A stretch of 64,000 nt of DNA from an uncultured virus (IMG/VR IMGVR_UViG_3300029787_000028) (Duplodnaviria > Heunggongvirae > Uroviricota > Caudoviricetes > Crassvirales). Shown piece after piece: positions 18,994 to 28,046 of the stretch. How positions within the stretch are numbered: the stretch's first letter is position 1; the number at the start of each line of letters is the position of its first letter. The stretch spans positions 1-64,000 of IMG/VR virus record IMGVR_UViG_3300029787_000028, one strand, 5' to 3'. The notes beneath the pieces were generated by a model, which was not told the origin of the DNA, ran no database searches, and saw only the letters and a program-made list of their open reading frames with translations. A program made the position numbers and the translations under genes.

Positions 18994-19311
18994 ATGCCAC
19001 CAAACGTCAGAAAGACAAAAAAAGGTCTAGCTCTTAAGCGGTGGTTCAAAGAAAAGTGGAGAACACCAAGGGGCAAAAAAGGCTATAGCGGAAAGGACAG
19101 AACCTTTCGCCCTACTGTTCGTGTTTCAAAAGATACCCCATCAACTTGGAGTGAGCTGTCTCCCTCAGAGAGAGCTAGGGCTGCAAAAGAAAAAAGAGAG
19201 AAGGGTAGGGTGTCTCGATACAAAAGAAAAACAGAGAGACAGAATAAACGAAAGACTAGAAAAGCGGAGAGAAGAGCAGAGAGCGGCATGCGCGTAATCA
19301 AAAGTAGATAA
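18994..19311 (+). CDS. Basic protein (DUF5872-like, LKRWFKEKW)
   Basis: LKRWFKEKW...RPTVRVSKDTP. Confidence 0.65.
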   Translation: MPPNVRKTKKGLALKRWFKEKWRTPRGKKGYSGKDRTFRPTVRVSKDTPSTWSELSPSERARAAKEKREKGRVSRYKRKTERQNKRKTRKAERRAESGMRVIKSR

Positions 19312-19315
19312 TACC

Positions 19316-19323
19316 TATATTTG
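19316..19323 (+). promoter_or_regulatory. -7 element TATATTTG of the head operon
   Basis: TAnnTTTG followed by A-rich leader to ATG 19345. Confidence 0.7.
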
Positions 19324-19344
19324 CAAAACAAACAATAACTAAAA

Positions 19345-19737
19345 ATGGCTACTACTACTGCATCAATTACCATTTCCAGCGGTGACCTCACTGGAGATGC
19401 CTTGTCTCTTAGCTCGACAGCGACGCTTACGAAAGCTGGCACAACTACTGGCTTGGATCAAACTACTGGCGTTGGACGCATTCTATATGGGTCTGCTGGT
19501 GTAAACACTTTGATTGCTCATGCTGCTTATACAGCAGATAAGGCTCATAAGCTTTACATCAAGAATCCAAGCGGCACAGCTGCTGAGAACATCGTTATTA
19601 CCCTTGCTTCTCAAGCTATTGGTCGTCTTTACGCTGGAGACTTTGCTCTTATCCCTTGGAATGGAGACACTGACATCAAAGTCACTACTAGTGACGCTAA
19701 CATGGTTGTCGAGTATCTCTTGATCTTCGAAGCATAA
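19345..19737 (+). CDS. Small virion structural protein
   Basis: LYIKNP...RLYAGDFALIPW; paralog of the next gene. Confidence 0.65.
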   Translation: MATTTASITISSGDLTGDALSLSSTATLTKAGTTTGLDQTTGVGRILYGSAGVNTLIAHAAYTADKAHKLYIKNPSGTAAENIVITLASQAIGRLYAGDFALIPWNGDTDIKVTTSDANMVVEYLLIFEA

Positions 19738-20144
19738 TGGCAACGGTAAGAGTCACACTGGGACTCTCAAGTGCTGATGTCATGTCAACAGCTGTTGGTC
19801 TAAATGTGGCCACTACGCTGTCTGCTGACTCTGGCAGTATTACACGCGCCAAAGTCAAGGGAACTGCTGCAGACACAGATGATCTTGTCGTTTACAAAGC
19901 CAACGACAAACTTGAGAACGCTTATCTCTACATCCAGAACCTGGATCAAGAGAAAGAAAATTACATTATTGTAAGAAACGAAACTGAGTCTAACACAGCT
20001 CTTGTCGCTAAGATTGGTGGTGGTGAGTTTGCATTTATTCCTGTTGCAGTAGACAAGACATACGAATGCATTGCCACTAAGGTCAACACTCTAGTTGAAT
20101 ATGGCGTGTTTGGTTTAGACAACTCAGCAGTAACACTCGCATAA
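19737..20144 (+). CDS. Small virion structural protein (paralog of 19345)
   Basis: LYIQNL...KIGGGEFAFIP...VEY. Confidence 0.65.
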   Translation: MATVRVTLGLSSADVMSTAVGLNVATTLSADSGSITRAKVKGTAADTDDLVVYKANDKLENAYLYIQNLDQEKENYIIVRNETESNTALVAKIGGGEFAFIPVAVDKTYECIATKVNTLVEYGVFGLDNSAVTLA

Positions 20145-20154
20145 AAATTAAAAG

Positions 20155-20499
20155 ATGGCGACATTAGCAAATCAAGGAATAGCAAGTCAGGCTTCTTTTG
20201 GTCAACTAGGCAGTGCTTTTGTGGATGACGGAGGTGCATACACCCCACCCACAGGCAAGGTCGTAGTGGCCATTCAGTGCCTGGCTGACACCACATTTAC
20301 CGTTTTAACTCCAGAGGCTACAGGAGATTGTTTTGGTATAGCTGCCAGTTCTGGCGTTGGAACCAATAACGAGCTGGTTGATAGCAGCAACATTTTCCCA
20401 AAAGGCATGACCATCTTTGGACGGTGGACTGCTGTTACTGCTGCGACTGATACTGATGGAGGTGTCATTCTGTACCTGGGGCCAGCAAAACTCAATTGA
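20155..20499 (+). CDS. Small virion structural protein
   Basis: VAIQCLADTTF...FPKGMTIFGRWT. Confidence 0.6.
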   Translation: MATLANQGIASQASFGQLGSAFVDDGGAYTPPTGKVVVAIQCLADTTFTVLTPEATGDCFGIAASSGVGTNNELVDSSNIFPKGMTIFGRWTAVTAATDTDGGVILYLGPAKLN

Positions 20500-20517
20500 A
20501 TATAAATAACTAATTAA

Positions 20518-21639
20518 ATGGAAAATACAATTCACCTTCAAGAAGAGTCGTTTGAAAAAGCTGAGATTTTTGACACGCCAGAGCAGCTCGCTGCCAGCAT
20601 GCAACAAGAGTCTCAGCCTCAAGTAGAAGCTCAACCAGAGCAGCCTGCAGAACCTGCCCCAGTGCAGACTGAAGCTGCGCCCACTGAAGAGTCTACTACC
20701 CTAGAGCAAATTACTGAAGCTGCTGATCCACAGCCTGAACAACAGGTTGCTGAACAGCCTCAAGATGATAATTATAGTGAGGAGGAAATCGAGGCTGCGG
20801 TCTACACATACCTTAGCGAAAGGCTGGGGAGAGAGATCAATAGCTTTGATGAACTTCAAACAACCCCTGCTGTCGATGAACGTGTGCAGGCTATTGCTGA
20901 TTTTGTGTCTGAAACAGGTCGTAAGCCAGAAGATTGGTTTACGTATCAATCGATGAATCCGTCTGAAATGGACGATCTGACGGTTGTACGTGTACAGATG
21001 TCACAGCAATATCCTAATCTCTCTTTTGATGAGATCAACATGCTTGTTGGCAACAAATACAAACTGGACTCCAACGTCTATGATGACAAGGATGTCCAGA
21101 TGTCTACCCTTCAGTTGAAGATTGATGCAACGGACGCTCGTGGCGATATCGAAAAGATTCGTGAGTCGTACAAAGCACCAGAAGTTCAACAAGAAGTAAG
21201 TGGAAACCGTTATGACATTGACGACAATTGGATTCAGCATGCAACTCTCGAAACGGAAGCAATGCAGGCGCTTGAGTTTGATCTAGGCAATGACAGAACA
21301 TTTACGTTTGGGCTGAACGATTCTCATAGACAGAATCTGATGCGTCAAAATTCAAACATCAATTCGTTCTTTGACAATTACGTCAATGGCGATGGCTCAT
21401 GGGATTACGACAAGCTAAACTCACACCTTGCTGTGATTGATAATGTGGACACCATTGTGGCGTCAGCATATCGTCAGGGACTGGGTGATGGGCAGAAGAC
21501 TGTGGTGAGCAACGCTGCGAATATCTCTACAGATACTTCGCCTAGCGCATCCCAAAATCTAAATCAGGAAAACCCTCTTGCTCAGCAGGTTAGAACTTTG
21601 CTGCGTGGAGGTAGATCCAAAACTACTTTTAACATCTAA
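20518..21639 (+). CDS. Putative capsid scaffolding protein
   Basis: Acidic E/Q/P-rich N-terminus; directly upstream of the capsid gene. Confidence 0.6.
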   Translation: MENTIHLQEESFEKAEIFDTPEQLAASMQQESQPQVEAQPEQPAEPAPVQTEAAPTEESTTLEQITEAADPQPEQQVAEQPQDDNYSEEEIEAAVYTYLSERLGREINSFDELQTTPAVDERVQAIADFVSETGRKPEDWFTYQSMNPSEMDDLTVVRVQMSQQYPNLSFDEINMLVGNKYKLDSNVYDDKDVQMSTLQLKIDATDARGDIEKIRESYKAPEVQQEVSGNRYDIDDNWIQHATLETEAMQALEFDLGNDRTFTFGLNDSHRQNLMRQNSNINSFFDNYVNGDGSWDYDKLNSHLAVIDNVDTIVASAYRQGLGDGQKTVVSNAANISTDTSPSASQNLNQENPLAQQVRTLLRGGRSKTTFNI

Positions 21640-21650
21640 GAATAACTATT

Positions 21651-23087
21651 ATGGCTAATATTCTTTCAACTCAGCCAGTAGTCGATGCTTCTAATGCAGC
21701 GGCTAACGCGGCTGGTAACAAGCCTTCGTTTCGCATTACGCCAGAAACGTACACAACTATTGACAGTCTTATTAAGACTACCAAAGACCACGTCCTTCCA
21801 GACTTGGTTGAAACTTACGGTGATCAGGGCATCACTGGATTCTTGAAACTCACTGGCGCCATCAACGCTGGCGGAACCTCTGATCAGTTTGACTGGTGGG
21901 AGTTGGGTCGTCGTCACTCTAAGTTGGCCTACACTTCAGGCCACACTACCATCAACGGTAGCGGTGAGACTGTGACCATCAACTCTGCCTCTGACGTTGC
22001 AAGCAATGTTCAGGCTAACGACGTTGTGATGGACGCCGCAACTGGTGCTCGCTTTATCGTCAAGTCTGGCGGGTCAGGCACTGGCTCAGCAGCTGATGTT
22101 GTTCTCGTCAAGCTCGACGACTCAGCATCTGTTGAAGACACTGATATCGACTCTTCTGGTGGCGGTACTTTGATCAAGCTTGGTAACATGTATGCTCAAG
22201 GCACCAACCAGCCAACAGCATATGATGACATTGGTGTTCGCAAGTACAGCAACTCTTACATGATCGTGAAAGGTCGTTACGAAGTCAACGGATCTCAAGC
22301 CACTAACATTGGCTGGGTGAACATTGGTGGTGGCGAATACCGCTGGTTCATGAAGGGTGAGCAAGAAGCTCGCGCTAAGTTTGAGGATCAGAGAGAGATG
22401 ATGTTGCTCTTTGGACAGAAGAGAGACGACGCCACTGGCACAGGCTCTAACCTCGACGACGAGCTCGCTGGTTCTGAGGGTTACTTCTCAGCTATCGAAG
22501 ACAGAGGTATCGTTGTTCAAAACGCCAATGCTAACCCAATGGATAGCTTTGCTGAGTTTGACGACTTGATCTTGGAACTCGACAAGCAGGGTGCGCCTTC
22601 TGAGTACGCTATGTACTTGAACAGAAAGCAGTCCTTGGCTATTGACGACATGCTCGCAGCTGGTATCGCAACTGGAGTGACTGCTGGTTTGCCAGCACAG
22701 TTTGGTGCATTCCAGAACGATTCTGACATGGCCGTGAAGCTGGGCTTTAAGTCATTCACTCGTGGAGGTTACTCTTTCCACAAGCATGACTGGAAGCTGT
22801 TGAACGATCCAACCTTGTTGGGTGCTGGTAACTTCTTGCAGGGCGCTATGGTGCCTTTGATGAATGTTACTGACGCTCGTTCAGGTGTCAACGTTCCTGC
22901 TCTCTCCATGTTCTACAAGGAGGCAAATGGATACTCTCGTGAGATGGAGCACTGGGTGACTGGTGGCGGCGTGTTGGGTCACACCAACAACGGCGATGCT
23001 GGTACTGACCAGGCTGCGTTCCACTACCGTTCTGAAATTGGCCTCTGCGTTCGCGCTGCTAACCAGCACGTAATGATCAAGGGTTAA
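21651..23087 (+). CDS. Major capsid protein
   Basis: 478 aa; YGDQGITGFL, W.ELGRRH, GSEGYF, LGFKSFTRGGYSFHKHDWKLLND, HYRSE.GL crAss-like capsid motifs; strongly biased codon use. Confidence 0.85.
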   Translation: MANILSTQPVVDASNAAANAAGNKPSFRITPETYTTIDSLIKTTKDHVLPDLVETYGDQGITGFLKLTGAINAGGTSDQFDWWELGRRHSKLAYTSGHTTINGSGETVTINSASDVASNVQANDVVMDAATGARFIVKSGGSGTGSAADVVLVKLDDSASVEDTDIDSSGGGTLIKLGNMYAQGTNQPTAYDDIGVRKYSNSYMIVKGRYEVNGSQATNIGWVNIGGGEYRWFMKGEQEARAKFEDQREMMLLFGQKRDDATGTGSNLDDELAGSEGYFSAIEDRGIVVQNANANPMDSFAEFDDLILELDKQGAPSEYAMYLNRKQSLAIDDMLAAGIATGVTAGLPAQFGAFQNDSDMAVKLGFKSFTRGGYSFHKHDWKLLNDPTLLGAGNFLQGAMVPLMNVTDARSGVNVPALSMFYKEANGYSREMEHWVTGGGVLGHTNNGDAGTDQAAFHYRSEIGLCVRAANQHVMIKG

Positions 23088-23123
23088 TAGTCTTATTGTT
23101 TAACTATTAAAACCTAGATCATT

Positions 23124-23603
23124 ATGCCTATTTACTCTCATAAAAAATCAGGAGTACTTAACACTTCAACGAGAGTTGAGGTTAAGGATGGTTTTGTTCA
23201 AAACGGCGAAGCTGTGATTGAAATTCTTCAACCAGCCAACAGCCTTGTGACAAACGCATACTACAGACAGATTGATGCAGCAGCTTTTGCCACCAATACA
23301 GATGTTGGTGTTGAGCTTGGGATTACAGAAAGCGGCAATGAAATTGCATCTGATGCAACTGACGCTGTTCTGGATGGAGGAACTTCTATTCCTGCAAACT
23401 TTATTCTTCAGCTGAACGGAGGAACTGGTGTCACTTGGAACGGAGGCTACTCCGTTGGTGATGCGTCTGGACCTGCTGTTCCAGCTGGAGATGTTTTTGC
23501 TGCAGATGATAGAACCCTTTACTTTACAGTTACCACGACTGACGACGTAGTCAACACTCAAGGTAAATACGAAGTAATTGTTGACTTTCAACTTTTCTCT
23601 TAA
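23124..23603 (+). CDS. Putative auxiliary capsid / decoration protein
   Basis: Directly after capsid gene, beta-rich, followed by terminator. Confidence 0.5.
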   Translation: MPIYSHKKSGVLNTSTRVEVKDGFVQNGEAVIEILQPANSLVTNAYYRQIDAAAFATNTDVGVELGITESGNEIASDATDAVLDGGTSIPANFILQLNGGTGVTWNGGYSVGDASGPAVPAGDVFAADDRTLYFTVTTTDDVVNTQGKYEVIVDFQLFS

Positions 23604-23610
23604 TGCGAAT

Positions 23611-23650
23611 GGGTTGGGGAAAGTCCCCAGCCCCTTTGCTTTCTCTTTTT
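23611..23650 (+). terminator. Intrinsic terminator
   Basis: GGGTTGGGGA-AAG-TCCCCAGCCC then T-rich tract. Confidence 0.75.
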
Positions 23651-23675
23651 ACAAAAACAAAAAAAACCTATAAAT

Positions 23676-24146
23676 ATGGGACACTTTGATAAGCTGCAAG
23701 CTAAAAATATTGTGGCAGCTGAGGTAAAAGCTAGATATTCACAGATGCCAGTTGTTGCTCTTGGTGACGCTGATGCAACTTTGACTTTTGACGATCACGC
23801 AGGCAGAACAATTTTGCTTGGGGCTATTGGCTCTAACAGAACCTACACCTTGCCTTCAGATCCAGATGATGGTGACTGCTATCACTTTGTGTATGTGAAC
23901 AGTGCTGCTGAAACTGAAAATCATTTGATTTCAGCTGGCACTGGTAACGCTAGATTCTTCTCTGGTGTAATTGCTCACCTCGACACGAACGCAGACAACG
24001 TTGCTGTTTATTCTAACGGAAGCTCTAACGAGCTCTTGACGATTACAGACACTGGATTTGCTGACATCTGGTGTGTTGCTGACGGTGCAGAGTGGAAGAT
24101 CTGGGGTTACGCAATTAGCGCAACAGCTCCAGCATTCGCTGACTAA
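23676..24146 (+). CDS. Putative head fibre / decoration protein
   Basis: RTYTLPSDP..GDCYHFV...CVADGAEW motif. Confidence 0.55.
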   Translation: MGHFDKLQAKNIVAAEVKARYSQMPVVALGDADATLTFDDHAGRTILLGAIGSNRTYTLPSDPDDGDCYHFVYVNSAAETENHLISAGTGNARFFSGVIAHLDTNADNVAVYSNGSSNELLTITDTGFADIWCVADGAEWKIWGYAISATAPAFAD

Positions 24147-24165
24147 TAGCTAAAGATGCTACGAG

Positions 24166-24195
24166 AAAGGCCCCATAAGGGGCCTTTTTCTTTTT
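24166..24195 (+). terminator. Intrinsic terminator
   Basis: AAAGGCCCC-ATAA-GGGGCCTTT then TTCTTTTT. Confidence 0.85.
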
Positions 24196-24198
24196 GCT

Positions 24199-24206
24199 TA
24201 TATTTG
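24199..24206 (+). promoter_or_regulatory. -7 element TATATTTG directly after the terminator
   Basis: TAnnTTTG match. Confidence 0.65.
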
Positions 24207-24222
24207 CGATACCTTTAATGCA

Positions 24223-25476
24223 ATGAAAAAATTCTTCCTGTTTAAGCGTCGTGACGTTAGCGCAACGTCAGCTACAACCTCTGATACAGGAGAGGGACTG
24301 GACATCTTAGCTGTGTCTACAGACCAGTTGGCGTTTATGACAGCATCGCTTGGGAAGGTGAACATTGTGTTCAATGATGCCACTATCTACGAGGACAGCA
24401 ATCTCCTCGATGGGGAATCATTTAAAAAAACAACAGTATCTGTCGCGTGTGAGCAGGGAGGTGAGGCAGCCTTGATAGACTCTATCTTGAACTTCATCTC
24501 CTCTGATCGCGTCAAAACAAACGTCATGCGTTTTGATGCTGTCGAGGGCAAAACCAATGTCAAGGAAGCCAAGATAGAATCCTTTACAGATGTGGTGTCA
24601 GAGGTCAAGCAGCTCCCAGTTGTGACCACCACACAAGAGATTAGCAAGAGAACCTTTATTGGGGGGACAGCAGCCACGGCTTTTGGAACTGGAAATACCC
24701 TTGCAGGTATTGACTTTGGAGATGGCAACAAGCCTTTCATCGACTTTCATGAAGATGGAATTATAGCCAGTGGTAGTAATGTCAATGGCTGGGACAATGC
24801 TGGAACAGGTGGCGCTACATATGATGTAGGCAGTGGTGATATTGTAGGCACAATACCTATTGATTCGTCAACAGGCAGAGCCAACAACGGATTGGCTACA
24901 ACTGCTGCTGATTTTGGGACTAGTGACAATGTCGAACTTGGTGCCACTTACACACAGTCTGGTCCTTTTACGGCATATTGTGTTGTAGGATTGAGCACCG
25001 CTGACATAGCTCTTCAGCCTAGAATTGGTTTTGTTTTTCAGGGAAGCGCCGCCACAGGGACAGGTCAAACATTTATGCTGTTAGACGCCTTTGACAATTT
25101 AAATTTTAAATTTAAGTTTAGTGATGACAAGGGAGACTTTGTAAGTGCGAGAAAGTTGAACCCCATTATTGAAGTCGATCAGCCTGAAGCAACACAGAGG
25201 ACAGCATATATATTTGTTATTAGAAGGGATGAGTTCTCAAACCTAGCTGTACACGACCACACTGGTTCTGTTGTGGCTTTTGCAACCGCGAACACAACAG
25301 GCACACAACAGCGAACAGATGGGGATGTTATTTTTGATCATATTGGCAACGGAGGGTTTGATCAAAAGTTTACAGGCAATGTTGCTAGAATTGGAATCAT
25401 TCCAAAAGACATAGGCACATCAGCTGCCTCTGAGTTGGCTATCAATTTATCAAAACGGTATACACCATCATCTTAA
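24223..25476 (+). CDS. Virion protein with C-terminal LamG-like domain
   Basis: VNGWDNAG...FTGNVARIGI. Confidence 0.55.
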   Translation: MKKFFLFKRRDVSATSATTSDTGEGLDILAVSTDQLAFMTASLGKVNIVFNDATIYEDSNLLDGESFKKTTVSVACEQGGEAALIDSILNFISSDRVKTNVMRFDAVEGKTNVKEAKIESFTDVVSEVKQLPVVTTTQEISKRTFIGGTAATAFGTGNTLAGIDFGDGNKPFIDFHEDGIIASGSNVNGWDNAGTGGATYDVGSGDIVGTIPIDSSTGRANNGLATTAADFGTSDNVELGATYTQSGPFTAYCVVGLSTADIALQPRIGFVFQGSAATGTGQTFMLLDAFDNLNFKFKFSDDKGDFVSARKLNPIIEVDQPEATQRTAYIFVIRRDEFSNLAVHDHTGSVVAFATANTTGTQQRTDGDVIFDHIGNGGFDQKFTGNVARIGIIPKDIGTSAASELAINLSKRYTPSS

Positions 25477-25486
25477 TTAAATCCTA

Positions 25487-26314
25487 ATGGAACAAACCAA
25501 AAAGCGCCCTGGGCGGCCTAAAGCCCAACCAAAAGCTCCTGCTGTAGAAACTGCACCAGTAGCAAAAAAGACTTTGCCTATTAAGCGCAAAGAAGCTGTT
25601 AACCCTAACGCAGAGTTTGAGCTTATGCGTAAATCAGGGGTCGTGTACATGCTCCCTCAAAAGGGTGTCACTGTATTTGACTCAGATAGAGACACAGTGC
25701 GTGAGCTTCGTTTCTGCCCCAATGAGCCATCTATATGGCGAGATGAGCAGTCAGAGAATGCAACACGACAGTCTGTAATCTTTCGTGATGGCAAGATGTT
25801 TGTCCCCAAGGCGCAGCCTAATCTGCGTATGTTCATGGAGAAGCATCCCTTTAACGAAGCTAACGGAGGAAGCATCTTCAGACTTGTAGACAAAAAGCGT
25901 GATGCAGAGATAGAGTTGAAGAAAGAGTTCTTCTTAACTGACGCTGTATCTATGGTGCGTGATAAGGACATCCAAGACCTTTTGCCAGTGGCAATGTACT
26001 TTGGTGTCAACATCAACGCCCCTGTTTCTGATATTAGATATAATCTTCTTCGTATTGCTAAAACAAAAACGCAAGAGTTTATTGAGTCATTTGACTCGCC
26101 ACAGGTTAGAACTCGTTCTATTTTGCAACAAGCTGCTGACTATCAAATCATCAAGATGGCCAGCGACTCAGTCAAGTGGTTTGACAGCAACAGCATGATT
26201 GTGTCTGTGCCTGTTGGCCAAGAGCCCCTGGATGTTTTGGCAAGATTCTGCCTAACAGAAAAAGGGTCGCCAGTCCTAGCGACACTAGAAGAAAGACTCG
26301 AACGTCTAGCATAA
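25487..26314 (+). CDS. Conserved structural-module protein
   Basis: RELRFCPNEPSIW.DEQ...IFRDG...HPFN. Confidence 0.6.
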   Translation: MEQTKKRPGRPKAQPKAPAVETAPVAKKTLPIKRKEAVNPNAEFELMRKSGVVYMLPQKGVTVFDSDRDTVRELRFCPNEPSIWRDEQSENATRQSVIFRDGKMFVPKAQPNLRMFMEKHPFNEANGGSIFRLVDKKRDAEIELKKEFFLTDAVSMVRDKDIQDLLPVAMYFGVNINAPVSDIRYNLLRIAKTKTQEFIESFDSPQVRTRSILQQAADYQIIKMASDSVKWFDSNSMIVSVPVGQEPLDVLARFCLTEKGSPVLATLEERLERLA

Positions 26315-26316
26315 AG

Positions 26317-26344
26317 AGAGGCCCTGCGGGGCCTCTTTTGTTTT
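26317..26344 (+). terminator. Intrinsic terminator
   Basis: AGAGGCCC-TGCG-GGGCCTCT then TTTGTTTT. Confidence 0.85.
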
Positions 26345-26346
26345 CG

Positions 26347-26354
26347 TATATTTG
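26347..26354 (+). promoter_or_regulatory. -7 element TATATTTG
   Basis: 4 nt before ATG 26359. Confidence 0.65.
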
Positions 26355-26358
26355 TGTC

Positions 26359-27120
26359 ATGGCAAGTATTGACAAAGTATATCGAACACTAAAGAACCTA
26401 GCCAACAAAGAGCAAAAAGGTTTCATTACTCCTGCCGTATTTAACCGTTTTGCTGTCATAGCTCAGCAGAACATCTACAACGAATTGTTTGAGGAGCTTG
26501 TAGATGCTAAAAGAATCAGTCGTCAAAACCTTGATCCAGGAAGAGACAAGTCTGTTCGCAAAAGAACGCTTGAGGATCTATCTCCTTTTGTGGCCAGAGA
26601 GTACAATTTGCCAGTCGCCACCACTACCGCCATAAATAATGTGTACTTCAAGCCTGCGAATTTATCTCGTATCATTTCCATAAGCAATGGGAACACAAAC
26701 ACGGGCGGATACAATACCAATAAAATAAACATTGAGATTGTATACGATGTAGAAAAAATGGATAGGATTTTAGGCAGTCGCTTATCTGGTCCTACACAAG
26801 CTTTTCCAGTTGCTTTAATATCAGACGAAATCGAGGTGTATCCTAGAAATGCAGTTTCAAAAATTGACCTGATATATTATAGAACTCCTGGAGGGATTAC
26901 CAGCACAGGCTCTTACACTGACTCTGATCCTCAGTGGATTGCACTAAATACTGGATCAACGCAAGAGCTGGAGATCTACGATCCTACATCCACGATTGAT
27001 TTTATGCTGCCAAATCACTATGTGTCAGAGCTTGTCTACGAGATGGCAAAACTGATTGGCATCAGTTTGAATGACGCAGCATTGACGCAAGTCGCTGCAC
27101 AAGAAGAAGCTAGAAGATGA
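26359..27120 (+). CDS. Tail ring / head-tail adaptor protein
   Basis: VY..L..LANKEQKGFITP..FN.FA..AQ and YYRTP motifs; position. Confidence 0.7.
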   Translation: MASIDKVYRTLKNLANKEQKGFITPAVFNRFAVIAQQNIYNELFEELVDAKRISRQNLDPGRDKSVRKRTLEDLSPFVAREYNLPVATTTAINNVYFKPANLSRIISISNGNTNTGGYNTNKINIEIVYDVEKMDRILGSRLSGPTQAFPVALISDEIEVYPRNAVSKIDLIYYRTPGGITSTGSYTDSDPQWIALNTGSTQELEIYDPTSTIDFMLPNHYVSELVYEMAKLIGISLNDAALTQVAAQEEARR

Positions 27121-28046
27121 GTCAAAATAAAGTACCGCTTAGTCACATAGTCAGGGATTTTATAATCACCTCTGACGGTGATGATTACGCAAACAATGTT
27201 TCTGATAGCGCGATCAGAAACTTTGCCTTAAGAGGTATTAGAGAGATAGGCTTTGATCTTGGTAAGAAGATCAAGTCTCTCAAGCTGAGCATCAACACCA
27301 CCAACAACACTGTGCCTTTGCCAGATGACTTTGTTGACATCACAAAGCTGGGGGTTGTAGGCAGCGATGGCGTGGTGTATGCATTTGGGCACAATAAAAA
27401 TCTGAACATGTCTCGCAGGATGCAAACTGCTGATGATACAGTTAAAGATGATAAAGGAAGATATGGTGGTTCTCCTCCTGCCAGCATCACAGGCGCCTCT
27501 GATTATGATAGCGCGTCTGAAGGCACCCTGGTGGATGTTTTTTACAATGGAGGGCTTGATCTTAGCTTGAATCAGATTGGCGACCGTGTAGATGAGAAGA
27601 CGGCAACAGTAGGCGCTGGAAGTCCATCAGACGTAGGGGACAGAGACTACTACATTTTTGAAAACTACCTGTATGAAGGGGGCTTGGGCAGGCTTTATGG
27701 TATAGGCGGAGGTCGCATGTTTGGTGAGTACAGAATCAACCTTGACCAAGACAGGATTGAGATTGACACAGACAACGACTACACAGAAGTGGTGATGGAG
27801 TATGTGGCTGACGAAGCCAGAGCTGCTGATCCTGAGGTCCACGTCTATGCAGAAGAAGCTTTGCGTTCTTACATGTACTACAAGATTGTAGAGCGCAAGT
27901 CAAGCGTGCCCATGGCAGAAAAGCAAAGAGCAAGGTCTGAGTACTACAACGAGAGAAGAAAAGCCAACGCTCGATTGAGTGAGTTTACCAAGACTGAAGC
28001 TCTGAAGACCATCAGAAAGAACTTCAAGCAAGCACCCAAGTACTAA
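27117..28046 (+). CDS. Second tail ring protein
   Basis: LPDDFVDITK, MEYVAD, AEEALRSYMYY, RRKANARL. Confidence 0.7.
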   Translation: MSQNKVPLSHIVRDFIITSDGDDYANNVSDSAIRNFALRGIREIGFDLGKKIKSLKLSINTTNNTVPLPDDFVDITKLGVVGSDGVVYAFGHNKNLNMSRRMQTADDTVKDDKGRYGGSPPASITGASDYDSASEGTLVDVFYNGGLDLSLNQIGDRVDEKTATVGAGSPSDVGDRDYYIFENYLYEGGLGRLYGIGGGRMFGEYRINLDQDRIEIDTDNDYTEVVMEYVADEARAADPEVHVYAEEALRSYMYYKIVERKSSVPMAEKQRARSEYYNERRKANARLSEFTKTEALKTIRKNFKQAPKY

